A DNA stretch of 64,000 nt from an uncultured Gammaproteobacteria bacterium. Its GTDB lineage: Bacteria > Patescibacteriota > Microgenomatia > Levybacterales > UBA12049. The notes beneath the pieces are model-generated. The model had not been told where the DNA came from. It made no database searches and was given only the letters and a program-made list of their open reading frames with translations. This document shows, in pieces, positions 39,608-48,833 of the stretch. Where the stretch lies: contig CAZRBN010000001.1 in the NCBI GenBank assembly GCA_964598355.1, positions 5,839 to 69,838 on the forward strand, written 5' to 3'. The position numbers were made by a program, and so were the translations under genes. How positions within the stretch are numbered: the stretch's first letter is position 1; each line of letters begins with the position of its first letter.

Positions 39608-40283
39608 AACTTACTCCTACCTTGTATCCAAAGCCTCGTATTGTGTGAATAAGTTTTAGTCTGTTAGGAAAGGGTTTATCAATTTTATTTCGCAAGTACC
39701 CTATATAAACCTCTATCGTATTGGGAAGAATATCTGCATCATAATTCCATACATGAGTAATAATTTGTTCTTTCGATAGTATTTTATTTTGATGACGAAG
39801 CATATATTCCAGAAGTGCAAATTCTTTACTTGAAAGCTGCACTTCTGTACTTCCGCGTTTTACTTCAAAAGAATCGATATCCAAAGATAAATCACCACAT
39901 GAAAGGATATTGCTCACACTTTTTTTAGGCCTTCTTACTAACGCGCGAATTCTTACCAGCAATTCTTCGAAAGCAAATGGCTTTACTAAATAGTCATCTG
40001 CTCCAGCGTTAAATCCTTCGAGTCTATCTTGCAATTGTCCTTTTGCTGTTAACATGAGGATTGGAGTATGGTTTTCTTTTTCTCGAAGATGCTTGCAGAT
40101 TGTTACTCCGTCTATTTCTGGTAAAAGCCTATCTAAGATAATAAGATCATACTCTTCAGTACTGGCCAAATCCAATCCTTCTGTTCCAGTATAGACAACA
40201 TCTACTGTATAGGATTCTTGCTCAAGACCTTTTTTAATAGATCCCGCAATCTTATAATCATCCTCAACTAATAACAATTTCAT
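39606..40283 (-). CDS. OmpR/PhoB family response regulator
   Basis: MKLLLVEDD, ILDRLLP, GADDYLVKPF, EVYIGYLRNKI, TIRGFGY; start ATG 40283. Confidence 0.95.
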   Translation of the reverse strand: MKLLLVEDDYKIAGSIKKGLEQESYTVDVVYTGTEGLDLASTEEYDLIILDRLLPEIDGVTICKHLREKENHTPILMLTAKGQLQDRLEGFNAGADDYLVKPFAFEELLVRIRALVRRPKKSVSNILSCGDLSLDIDSFEVKRGSTEVQLSSKEFALLEYMLRHQNKILSKEQIITHVWNYDADILPNTIEVYIGYLRNKIDKPFPNRLKLIHTIRGFGYKVGVS

Positions 40284-40306
40284 GAGGTTATTATACTCCT
40301 TTTGTC

Positions 40307-40323
40307 CTGAGAACAAGCTGAAA
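40307..40323 (-). promoter_or_regulatory. Direct repeat WTTCAG-N5-TCTCAG, copy 2 (autoregulatory)
   Basis: Minus strand TTTCAGcttgtTCTCAG, 11 nt upstream of TATAAT-N6-ATG. Confidence 0.75.
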
Positions 40324-40333
40324 GGAAGCTTAA

Positions 40334-41836
40334 TTAAACAAAACCTGGGAAGTAATCTTTTTTAATGTGAGAAATACCAATTTTTTTCAACGTATTTCCA
40401 AAGGATTCTATCATGGCATTTGGGCCCGAAAGATAAAAAATTCTCTCTTTAAAATCTGGGATTTCTTTTTGTATTAATTGTTCATCAATTCGTCCTATAT
40501 GTCCTTTCCAGTTTTTGGGAATGTTTTTGATATCTGTAATAGTATAGATAACTTTTATTCCCATCTCTTTTGCTGCTTCATCAAATATATTTCTATAAGC
40601 AAAATCCTCATAATTTTTTGCGGTATATAACACAACAATATCTCGTTTTTCTTTTGTATCTAGTATAGATTTCACCATACTTCTAAATGGCGTAACACCA
40701 ATTCCTCCTGCAATAAAAACAAGTTTTTTCCTCAGATCTTTTGGCATAGTAAAATCTCCTGCTATTTGACCTGCTATAATTTCACTATTTTCAGAAAGAG
40801 AAGAAAGCTTGTTTTTAAAACTACTCCCATGAGGAGTAAATCGTACTCCCAAAACAATATCTCTTTCTGTAGGTGATGAAGCAATAGTAAAATAGCGCCT
40901 ATTCCCTCGACTATCACTTTTGGAATGAGATAATGTCCACTCCATATATTGTCCTGGAAGAAAAGAAAACTTCTGAGAGGTTGAGAAAATAACATTATAG
41001 ATATCCTCTGTTATCTTCGTTTTCTCTTTCAACAGTAATTGAAGTCTTACTTTTGGACTGACAATGAAAGAATAGATATTCCCTAAAAGTAGTGCTATTT
41101 CAGGAGTTGTGTAGAAATTTACAACATGAATTTCTGGTGAGAAAAGCAATCCTACTATTCCTCCATACACAAGTTGCAGTATTCTTGTTGGTGGAGTTGT
41201 TAAGGGCTCGGTTAACATAACGAATGCAAAAAAGAGAATTGGGGTCTCAAGTAATGTATTTTTTAAATAAACTAAAGGATCTGTTTTATGTGTAATGTCA
41301 AAACCAAAAATAGTGAGGAGCGCTACAATAAAAAAAGTAAAGACCATATCTTCTCGTCTAATTTTTCTTACAACCAATAATCCCCCTATCAAAACAATTG
41401 GCATCATCCACACTGTCCCAACCCACCAACTTGCATATTGTCCAGTAATAAGTCCTCCAAGAGCGATACCAAAAGCAACAGGATTAAAAATATGTTTTTT
41501 ATTCAGATTTACGATATATTTGGAAGCAATAGTAATTAGTGCAGCAATTGCCAAAAATACTATAGATTTTGGACTGATAATAAGAGCTAAAATAAGTGCG
41601 GAGATATATACAGATTCAATATTTGTCTGAACCGTAAAAAGCACTGCAAACACTTTATTTGTAACCCAACATATACTGAGCAAAAGAAATGTTGAAAGCA
41701 AAAGGGCAAATGGGGTAAATGGAAGCAGATGAAAGAAAGTGAGAATTTCAGCAATAAGCAATAATACCATAAGATAGTACAGCAAAAGTCTGTACATAGT
41801 GATTCTGTTAAGATAGTAGTCAACAAAAGTAAACAT
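40334..41836 (-). CDS. NqrB/RnfD-like membrane domain fused to FNR-type FAD/NAD(P)-binding domain
   Basis: KHIFNP and FFAFVMLTEPLTTP in the membrane part; FLPGQY, RRYFTIASSP, IAGGIGVTPF, YLSGP in the soluble part. Confidence 0.88.
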   Translation of the reverse strand: MFTFVDYYLNRITMYRLLLYYLMVLLLIAEILTFFHLLPFTPFALLLSTFLLLSICWVTNKVFAVLFTVQTNIESVYISALILALIISPKSIVFLAIAALITIASKYIVNLNKKHIFNPVAFGIALGGLITGQYASWWVGTVWMMPIVLIGGLLVVRKIRREDMVFTFFIVALLTIFGFDITHKTDPLVYLKNTLLETPILFFAFVMLTEPLTTPPTRILQLVYGGIVGLLFSPEIHVVNFYTTPEIALLLGNIYSFIVSPKVRLQLLLKEKTKITEDIYNVIFSTSQKFSFLPGQYMEWTLSHSKSDSRGNRRYFTIASSPTERDIVLGVRFTPHGSSFKNKLSSLSENSEIIAGQIAGDFTMPKDLRKKLVFIAGGIGVTPFRSMVKSILDTKEKRDIVVLYTAKNYEDFAYRNIFDEAAKEMGIKVIYTITDIKNIPKNWKGHIGRIDEQLIQKEIPDFKERIFYLSGPNAMIESFGNTLKKIGISHIKKDYFPGFV

Positions 41837-41839
41837 ATA

Positions 41840-41922
41840 TAAAATTAAAAATTATGGTACTTTTATTTATAATACGTGAGGCATCATCACTTTTCACTTT
41901 TAATTGTAAATTTTTAATTTTA
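41840..41922. repeat. Intergenic AT-rich hairpin element with 7-bp periodic arms
   Basis: aaaattaaaaattatggtactttt...cacttttcacttttaattgtaaatttttaattt. Confidence 0.6.
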
Positions 41923-41923
41923 T

Positions 41924-42664
41924 TTATATTGTGTACTTCTCCCATCCACTGGTATACGTCGCCAGACCTTCACTGTCTATCATATATCCTTCTATGTCTT
42001 TTTGTCTTTCTATAAAATTGATACCGGTCTTTCCCATAGCAAATGCTGCTGTTGCAAATCTATCTGCTTCATAAATATTTTTTCCAATAACAGTCAGGCT
42101 GATAATATCTGTAATAATTGTTCCATTTCGGTGAGGATTATAAACATGTTGTCCTCGTATATACGTACCTGATGTTGCAATGCCTTCGTTAGTCAAATAA
42201 ACAACTTTCACAATTTCTTCTAGATTGAAGGGATTTTTAATACCAACTCTCCATTTTTCCCCTTTACTATTTCTTCCATTCACCTGAATATCTCCTCCCG
42301 CTTCCACGTAATAGTTTTTAAAACCTTCTTTCTCCAGATTCTTTGCAGCGTTATAAATAGCCCATCCTTTCACAAGTCCTGACGGGTCAATATCCCCATT
42401 GTGAACAATGTTAAAATACCCATTTGTATGTTGTCTTGTTTCTTCAGATAGTCTTAAAACTTCCTGCATTGCTTCACTATATTCATTTTCTTTCATTTCT
42501 CCTCTATTAATTTTTGAAATTTCACTATTTTCTTTGTAGGTACTAAAGCGGTTATCTATAGAAATAAAATAATCAAAAACTTTTTCGAGATTTTCTTTCA
42601 TTGCAGAAGGGTCAACTATTTCAATAGTAATGGGCATTCCCATTAAGAAGTGGTTCTGTTTCAT
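41924..42664 (-). CDS. apbE: FAD:protein FMN transferase
   Basis: MGMPITIEI, DPSGLVKGWAI, EAGGDI, IATSGTYIRGQH, ADRFATAAFAMG. Confidence 0.92.
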   Translation of the reverse strand: MKQNHFLMGMPITIEIVDPSAMKENLEKVFDYFISIDNRFSTYKENSEISKINRGEMKENEYSEAMQEVLRLSEETRQHTNGYFNIVHNGDIDPSGLVKGWAIYNAAKNLEKEGFKNYYVEAGGDIQVNGRNSKGEKWRVGIKNPFNLEEIVKVVYLTNEGIATSGTYIRGQHVYNPHRNGTIITDIISLTVIGKNIYEADRFATAAFAMGKTGINFIERQKDIEGYMIDSEGLATYTSGWEKYTI

Positions 42665-43158
42665 TGAGCTTTTGCAAGAGCAGATGCAAGAGATTGATTG
42701 AATGCATCACTAGTCTGTGTTGCACCTGAAATAATATCAACTGGTGCAGATTGTTTTTGGATTACTTCTTGCTTTAAGATAGGCAGTGCTTCATTACTGA
42801 CTTCCGCTGTATGGCCTGGTTTGTTAGGGAATTGAAGAAGTTGCACATCACTAATTTTGCCCCCTGCTACAACCACTTGTACTTGCATCATCCCATAAAA
42901 TGCATCAGTTGTATCTCCTGTATAGGTACCATTTTTATATGCTTTTCCCCCTGCTTGACTAGGTATTGGAGACCCTGACCCAGCAGAAGAGGTGGAAGTA
43001 GTTGCATTATTAGTTGGATTTGCTCCAGCAGAACTTGTTGGATTGGTAGTAATATCAGGAGATTTTGCTGTTGTTGTAGATTGACCGTTTATTTTTTGGA
43101 AGAGAATATATCCTCCTAATACCAAAACTAAAACAAAAACAATTGCTAGTTTTTTCAT
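42661..43158 (-). CDS. Exported FMN-binding (flavinylated) protein
   Basis: N-terminal anchor, S/T linker, YKNGTYTG, flavinylation motif DIISGATQTS. Confidence 0.92.
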   Translation of the reverse strand: MKKLAIVFVLVLVLGGYILFQKINGQSTTTAKSPDITTNPTSSAGANPTNNATTSTSSAGSGSPIPSQAGGKAYKNGTYTGDTTDAFYGMMQVQVVVAGGKISDVQLLQFPNKPGHTAEVSNEALPILKQEVIQKQSAPVDIISGATQTSDAFNQSLASALAKAQ

Positions 43159-43191
43159 ATACGTTTATGTACTATACCATACTTGTCAAAA

Positions 43192-43208
43192 CTGAGAAAT
43201 AGCTGAAA
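43192..43208 (-). promoter_or_regulatory. Direct repeat WTTCAG-N5-TCTCAG, copy 3
   Basis: Minus strand TTTCAGctattTCTCAG upstream of the FMN-binding protein gene. Confidence 0.7.
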
Positions 43209-43248
43209 AAATTCTTATATATTATTTTTGGACTATCCTACAAGTTAC

Positions 43249-44091
43249 TTATACCTCTTTATCCTCATGAGAAACTAGATTATAGAGATGAGGAGAAATA
43301 GCATGCACTAAAGATACAGTAAGCAAGTACGACATTGCTGAAAGACCTGCAATAAAAAAACTTGGTGGACCATGCAACAGTAAGGCTAGTAGTAGTCCTC
43401 CCCATGTAAAAAATAATCCAAGAAGTATAGAGAGCACAATTGTTGTGAAAGGACGCTTACTTATATGTTGTGCTATTGCAGCAGGTGCTACAACAAGAGC
43501 AAATACTAGCAAAACTCCAACGATAAGAATTGCTTCTGTTACTGCTACTGCAAGAAGTATCATAAAAATAATTGATAGAAAATTAACTGGTACTCCTCGT
43601 GCTGTTGCCACTTCTGGGTCAACAGAGGCAAAAAGTAGAGGACGAAATAAGACAACAATGAATATAATTGTAACAATGCCAGTTATAATACTTAGCCATA
43701 AATCAAATGTTGTCACACTGAGAATTGATCCAAAGAGAATACCAACTGCCTCATTAGCATTTGTTGTATAGAGTTTGAGAAACAACACTCCTAGACCTAG
43801 TGCAAAGGAAAGAATCATACCAATTTCGACATCCCTTCCTTGTATTCGTTTGCCAAGTGTTCCCATACCTAGTGCCGCCAAAATGGTAAAAATGAATGTT
43901 CCTGTTAAAGAACTTACACTAATGAGTGCTGCGCCTGTAGCTCCTGCAAACCCAATATGTGACAGTGCATGTGCAGCAAAAGCTTGGGAGCGTAGTACAA
44001 CGAAATATCCAATAACTGCTGACGTTATCGCAATAATGGTTCCCGCAAGAAGGGCATATTGGACAAATTGATAATGAAGAAGAGCAATCAT
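43249..44091 (-). CDS. Metal (Zn/Mn) ABC transporter permease
   Basis: AHALSHIGFAG, ILFGSIL, VDPEVATARGVP. Confidence 0.92.
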   Translation of the reverse strand: MIALLHYQFVQYALLAGTIIAITSAVIGYFVVLRSQAFAAHALSHIGFAGATGAALISVSSLTGTFIFTILAALGMGTLGKRIQGRDVEIGMILSFALGLGVLFLKLYTTNANEAVGILFGSILSVTTFDLWLSIITGIVTIIFIVVLFRPLLFASVDPEVATARGVPVNFLSIIFMILLAVAVTEAILIVGVLLVFALVVAPAAIAQHISKRPFTTIVLSILLGLFFTWGGLLLALLLHGPPSFFIAGLSAMSYLLTVSLVHAISPHLYNLVSHEDKEV

Positions 44092-44900
44092 ATTTTTCTT
44101 TTCGCAACTGCTGGTACAAATAATCGAACAGGCAAATAGATACCAAATGACAATGTAGCAATAAAGAAAGAAACGGGGAGATTTGTTGTAGCTGCTAAGA
44201 AAATACCAATCCAGCTATATAAAAGACCTAAGACAATTGCAAGGCCTATTGCACTGTACGGACTTGTCGTTAATCTCATTGCAGTAGCAGCAGGTCCGAC
44301 AAGAAGAGTAAAAATAAGAAGTACTCCTACTACTTGTACGGAAATAGAGACAGTGATAGCAACGAGAATAAGAAAAGCTATTGAAAGTAATTTGGTCGGC
44401 ACTCCTCGTGCTTCTGCTACTTCAGGATCAAACGAGCTGAAAAGAAGCGGACGAAAAAGAATTGCAAGAATGCCCAAAGTTAAAAGACTAAAAAGTGTTG
44501 TTATAAGCACACTCACTGAACCAATTCCAAGTATCGTTCCAAAAAGGATACTGTATGCTCCTTCTGCATAGCCGACATAAAGAAATAAAAATAATACACC
44601 AAAAGCAAGTGCCAACGTGAAAATAATACCAATTGTTATATCTCTTTCACGAAGTTGTTTTCCTAGAGAACCAATTGCCACAGCTGCGATAATGGTAAAA
44701 AAAAGTAGTCCCCATAATGGATTAATGCCAAGCCAAACTGCTCCTGCTGCTCCTGCGAATCCTACATGAGAAAAAGCATGCCCAGCAAATGTTAACCCCC
44801 GTACAAGAATAAAATACCCAATAACAGCAGCTACAACAGAAACAAAGAAAGAAGCAAGGAATGCATTCTGAATAAATGGATACTGCAGAATCTCAAACAT
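44088..44900 (-). CDS. Metal (Zn/Mn) ABC transporter permease
   Basis: GHAFSHVGFAG, ILFGTIL, FDPEVAEARGVP. Confidence 0.92.
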   Translation of the reverse strand: MFEILQYPFIQNAFLASFFVSVVAAVIGYFILVRGLTFAGHAFSHVGFAGAAGAVWLGINPLWGLLFFTIIAAVAIGSLGKQLRERDITIGIIFTLALAFGVLFLFLYVGYAEGAYSILFGTILGIGSVSVLITTLFSLLTLGILAILFRPLLFSSFDPEVAEARGVPTKLLSIAFLILVAITVSISVQVVGVLLIFTLLVGPAATAMRLTTSPYSAIGLAIVLGLLYSWIGIFLAATTNLPVSFFIATLSFGIYLPVRLFVPAVAKRKI

Positions 44901-44905
44901 GGTAC

Positions 44906-45673
44906 CTAACGTTCTTCTCCAAGAACAAAAACTCTTCCTTTCGTTTCTATTACTTCAATTGGTGAATTGTAAAGTTTTGATAGTGCTTCGCTCGTAATAA
45001 CCTCTTCTGTTTTTCCTATTGCACTATGTGTATTTGCCATGTATAAAACTCTATTAATAACTGGAAGAAGCAAATTAACATCATGCGTAACCAGTAAAAC
45101 AGTAATATGTCTGGTACGAGCAATTTTTGTTACTAATGAAACTATTGCTTGTGCATGAGTAATATCTAGATTTGACAAAGGTTCGTCTAAAAGAAGAATT
45201 TTAGGATGAGTAAGCAGTGCTTGCGCTATGAGCAGTCTCTGCTGTTCGCCACCTGATAATCTTCCTACAGGCACATCAGCTAAGGGAAGTAAATCAACTT
45301 CATGGAGGGCGCGTTCTACATGTTGATCTCTCTCCTTATTTGGAAATGAAATACCCCATTTGTTCCCATCTAGTCCAAACCCCACAACATCTCTTGCTCG
45401 TAAAGCTAAATCAGCTTCTAATATCCGATGTTGTGGAGCATACCCCATTTCATTATTACCTCTTTTTGGAGATTTGCCAAGAATGGTTATTCTACCTTTT
45501 GTTGGTTTATATAGCCCAAGTAATAATTTAAGAAGCGTACTCTTTCCTGCACCATTTGGGCCTAACACTGCAATAAATTCTCCCTCATCAATCGTCAAAC
45601 TGATATCATGAAAAATTGTTCTTCCACCAAGTGCAAGATCTACATTTTGTAATTCTATGTCGGGTTGTTGCAT
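44906..45673 (-). CDS. Metal ABC transporter ATP-binding protein (ZnuC-like)
   Basis: GPNGAGKS, LSGGEQQR, LLDEP, VTHD; probable start ATG 45673. Confidence 0.93.
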   Translation of the reverse strand: MQQPDIELQNVDLALGGRTIFHDISLTIDEGEFIAVLGPNGAGKSTLLKLLLGLYKPTKGRITILGKSPKRGNNEMGYAPQHRILEADLALRARDVVGFGLDGNKWGISFPNKERDQHVERALHEVDLLPLADVPVGRLSGGEQQRLLIAQALLTHPKILLLDEPLSNLDITHAQAIVSLVTKIARTRHITVLLVTHDVNLLLPVINRVLYMANTHSAIGKTEEVITSEALSKLYNSPIEVIETKGRVFVLGEER

Positions 45674-45696
45674 AAGTAGTTTTATTGTACTATGCA

Positions 45697-46617
45697 TTAG
45701 CGAGAAGAGGAAGATGCAAGAGCTTGTTCTAAGTTATTTAACTGATCCATCATCCAACTCTGGTAATGTTTTGTCGTAGGCATAGTTTCAGTTGCCGAGA
45801 CAACTGGAATATTGTTTTGCTTTGCTTCATTTTGGAGATTTGTTGTAACCGGAGTAACCGTTTGTGCATTATAGATAAGGACTTTTACTTGTTTTTTTGT
45901 TATTTGATCGTTTGTTGTTGCAACATCTTGTGCTGATGGATCATTTCCTTCTGCAATTGCTCGTTCAAACCCAATTGGAGTGAGAACAGTAAGGCCCATT
46001 GGTTGCGTTTGGTATAGGTAAATTGTTTCTGTTAAAGCAACTGAAGTGTTAGCGTATTTCATTTTAATCTGGCTCATTTTTTGTTGCAGCGGTTGCAGAG
46101 ATGCATCAAACTTTGCAAGATTTTGATCATATTCTAAAGTATGACTTGGATCATCTTTTTTGAGTGTCTCTGTTATTTTAGCGGCAATTGTTTGAACATT
46201 ATCAAGTCCATACCAAACATGTGGATTATCTTCTAACTTGTGGTTGGCAATATCAGCTCCCACCAAAATAGTTCTATTCTTATTTGGGGATGCAGAAAGT
46301 AGTTTATCCATCCATGTGTCATAACCGGCTCCATTTTCAATCACAAAATTTGCATGACTTATTGCTATACCATCTTGTACATTTGACTCATATTCGTGAG
46401 GATCAACATTTGGGTCAGAAAGAATACTTGTTACTTGGACATTATTACCACCAAGTTGTTTTGTAATATCTCCATAGAAATTTTCTGCTGCAACAATTTG
46501 TAGCTTACTACTTGAATTTTGAATATTCCTATGTCCAGTTAAAACAAAAAAACTCAAACTTATAATACCTATGAGAACTAGTAATAATAAAAAATTTTTC
46601 ATACTGTTTTTTGTCAT
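45697..46617 (-). CDS. Metal ABC transporter substrate-binding protein (ZnuA/TroA-like)
   Basis: DPHEYE, NPHVWY, NGAGYD; true start may be ATG 46602. Confidence 0.92.
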   Translation of the reverse strand: MTKNSMKNFLLLLVLIGIISLSFFVLTGHRNIQNSSSKLQIVAAENFYGDITKQLGGNNVQVTSILSDPNVDPHEYESNVQDGIAISHANFVIENGAGYDTWMDKLLSASPNKNRTILVGADIANHKLEDNPHVWYGLDNVQTIAAKITETLKKDDPSHTLEYDQNLAKFDASLQPLQQKMSQIKMKYANTSVALTETIYLYQTQPMGLTVLTPIGFERAIAEGNDPSAQDVATTNDQITKKQVKVLIYNAQTVTPVTTNLQNEAKQNNIPVVSATETMPTTKHYQSWMMDQLNNLEQALASSSSR

Positions 46618-46676
46618 TTATGCAAAAGCGAGAATATTATCCTCAGTTTCTAGATTTCGACTTAGTTAAAATGACA
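46612..46676. repeat. Degenerate palindromic element with TGTCATTT...AAATGACA ends
   Basis: 8-bp terminal inverted repeat enclosing 49 nt; shares the GTCAT end with the lepA element. Confidence 0.4.
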
Positions 46677-46686
46677 GTGTTACTCA

Positions 46687-47106
46687 TTATTGTTGACAAT
46701 CTTTACAAAGTCCAAAAAACTCCAAGGAGTGTTGCCTAACTAAAAATCCTTTCTTTTTCTTAATATCTTTTTCAAGTTCGCCAATATTACAATCAGAGAT
46801 ATCTTCAATTTTTCCACACTGTTCACAAATAAGATGGTGATGCTCTCCTTTATTTAATTCATATCGAGCTTTTCCTTCACCAAATTCTACCTTTCGTAAA
46901 AGTCCTTTTTCAACAAATGCATTAATTATTCTAAACACAGTTACCCTGTCTATTCCTAAATCTTTTTGTAAATGATCGATAAGATGCTGTGCATCGAGAG
47001 GAGTATCATGTGATTCAAAAAGCTGCATTGTTGCAACTCGCGCGGGAGTTACTTGCAAAGAAACTTCTTGTAATTCTCTTCTGCAATCGTGTTGCGTATT
47101 TATCAT
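46687..47106 (-). CDS. Fur family regulator (Zur-like)
   Basis: TPARV, DRVTVFR, EHHHLICEQCG, GLCKDC; heads the metal ABC operon. Confidence 0.93.
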   Translation of the reverse strand: MINTQHDCRRELQEVSLQVTPARVATMQLFESHDTPLDAQHLIDHLQKDLGIDRVTVFRIINAFVEKGLLRKVEFGEGKARYELNKGEHHHLICEQCGKIEDISDCNIGELEKDIKKKKGFLVRQHSLEFFGLCKDCQQ

Positions 47107-47112
47107 ATCAAC

Positions 47113-47141
47113 ATTATATGCAACTTTGTTGCATGTGTCAA
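47113..47141 (-). promoter_or_regulatory. Consensus promoter with palindromic operator in the spacer
   Basis: TTGACA, 17 nt, TATAAT, 6 nt, ATG; ATGCAAC-N3-GTTGCAT at 47118-47134. Confidence 0.85.
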
Positions 47142-47221
47142 TAGCAGTCTTTCAACTAAAATCCTTTAGGAGTATGTGCAGAAAGCGTAAGAGTAACAAA
47201 AAAATAAATAGCAAAAAATTT

Positions 47222-48688
47222 TTATTTTTTCTGTTTTTTCTTCATAATGGGTAAAGAAAAATAAAAAGTAGAACCTTTCTTCTCTTTACTTTCTACCCAC
47301 ATTTTCCCCTGATGTTCTTTAATAATTTGAGAAGAAATATATAATCCCAAACCTAACCCTGGATAAGGTGAATTTCCTTTTACTTGATAAAATCTTTCAA
47401 ATATTTTTTCCTGCTGGCTTTTTGGAATACCTAATCCAAAATCTTTTACATATACCGCAATATGTGTATTATTCTTGTGTGAACCAACATAAACTTTTGA
47501 CTTATCAGGAGAATACTTCGTGGCATTGGTGATAAGGTTAGTTAAAACTTGTTGTATCTTTTCTTTGTCTGCAAATACTGAAGACTTTGTGTGCCAGTCT
47601 AGGATAAGCTTATGAGAAGTTATTGGTTGCAAATCACTTATTACTTCTTCTACCAATTCCTTTACATAAAACTCTTGTTTTTCTATTCTTAATGTACCTC
47701 TTTGGATCTTGGTAACATCAAGTAAATCTCTCACCAAAGCAGTTAACTTTGTAAGCTGTCCATCTAATTTTCCTGTAAGCTGTTGTAATTCTGGATCTCT
47801 TTTCTGAGAAATTTTTTTACTTAAGACCTGTGCAAAAACTTTAATTGTTGTTAAAGGAGTTTTGAGCTCATGACTTGCCATATTAATAAAATCATCTTTA
47901 GCATTTTCTGCTTCCTTTTGACGGGTAATATCATTGATGATTGAAGCAGCAGCAATAATTTTTCCTGCCTGGTTATGTATCACTGAGGCACTGATTTGAA
48001 GGTATACTGTCTTCCCTTGCGCATTTTCAATAGTAAATTCCTTTCCTTCAATTGCTCCACCTTTTTGCAACACTTCTGCCAATGGCAGTTCAGAAAAAGC
48101 AATCGGTTTTCCCTTATACTCACTTTTTTTTAGTGATATATCTTCTATCTGTATGTCTTTACGTATTGATCTTCCTAACATGACTTCTACTTGTTTATTT
48201 GCCTGAGTTATTATCCCTTTATCATCTGTTATCAAAACACCCACAGGGAGTTGCTCGATAATAGCAGCTAATCTCCTCCTCCCATTTGATTCTTTTTCAA
48301 TAAGCTTATCCACTATCTGTTTTAAGCCTCCAATAACAATAACCAGTACCATATAAATAAAAGCGAGCACTACAATAGTCTCCTCCTGTACCAGGAGGTC
48401 TGCAGGAGCCGCGTGTCGTGTGATAACAATATATATGTAATATAAGAGGGTAACGAGAGTTGCAGCTAACCCACCCATAATTCCTTCACGGAAAGCAAAA
48501 TAAATAATCAACGCGACAAAGAAAAATACACCATATACTCCAACAATATTTGGATTGTGAACAATTTTGTAAGCAAATACTTCTGAAATGATTGAAAAGA
48601 AAAGCATTGTCAGAAAAGGAAAGAAAAAAGAGTAGTGTGAATCGCCTAAATGTTGTAGTGGGTTAAGATAGCGAAATATTTTCTTCAT
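47222..48688 (-). CDS. Membrane histidine kinase (about 4 TM, PAS, HisKA, HATPase)
   Basis: N-terminal TM bundle, IEQLPVGVLITD PAS start, ASHELKTP, NATKYS, GLGLGL. Confidence 0.92.
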   Translation of the reverse strand: MKKIFRYLNPLQHLGDSHYSFFFPFLTMLFFSIISEVFAYKIVHNPNIVGVYGVFFFVALIIYFAFREGIMGGLAATLVTLLYYIYIVITRHAAPADLLVQEETIVVLAFIYMVLVIVIGGLKQIVDKLIEKESNGRRRLAAIIEQLPVGVLITDDKGIITQANKQVEVMLGRSIRKDIQIEDISLKKSEYKGKPIAFSELPLAEVLQKGGAIEGKEFTIENAQGKTVYLQISASVIHNQAGKIIAAASIINDITRQKEAENAKDDFINMASHELKTPLTTIKVFAQVLSKKISQKRDPELQQLTGKLDGQLTKLTALVRDLLDVTKIQRGTLRIEKQEFYVKELVEEVISDLQPITSHKLILDWHTKSSVFADKEKIQQVLTNLITNATKYSPDKSKVYVGSHKNNTHIAVYVKDFGLGIPKSQQEKIFERFYQVKGNSPYPGLGLGLYISSQIIKEHQGKMWVESKEKKGSTFYFSLPIMKKKQKK

Positions 48689-48795
48689 TGTGTATTTATT
48701 TTACCATGTTCTAAGACCATTTTTGAAAAAAATATATTTTTATACCAATGTAAAAAGTATTTACTTATACTATATCTTAGAGAAAAATCTTTTTA

Positions 48796-48825
48796 TTGAC
48801 ATATACTTGATATATCAAGTACTAT
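48796..48825 (+). promoter_or_regulatory. MarR gene promoter with perfect 18-bp palindromic operator
   Basis: TTGACA (48796), 18 nt, TACTAT; TACTTGATATATCAAGTA at 48804-48821. Confidence 0.85.
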
Positions 48826-48833
48826 ACAAATAT

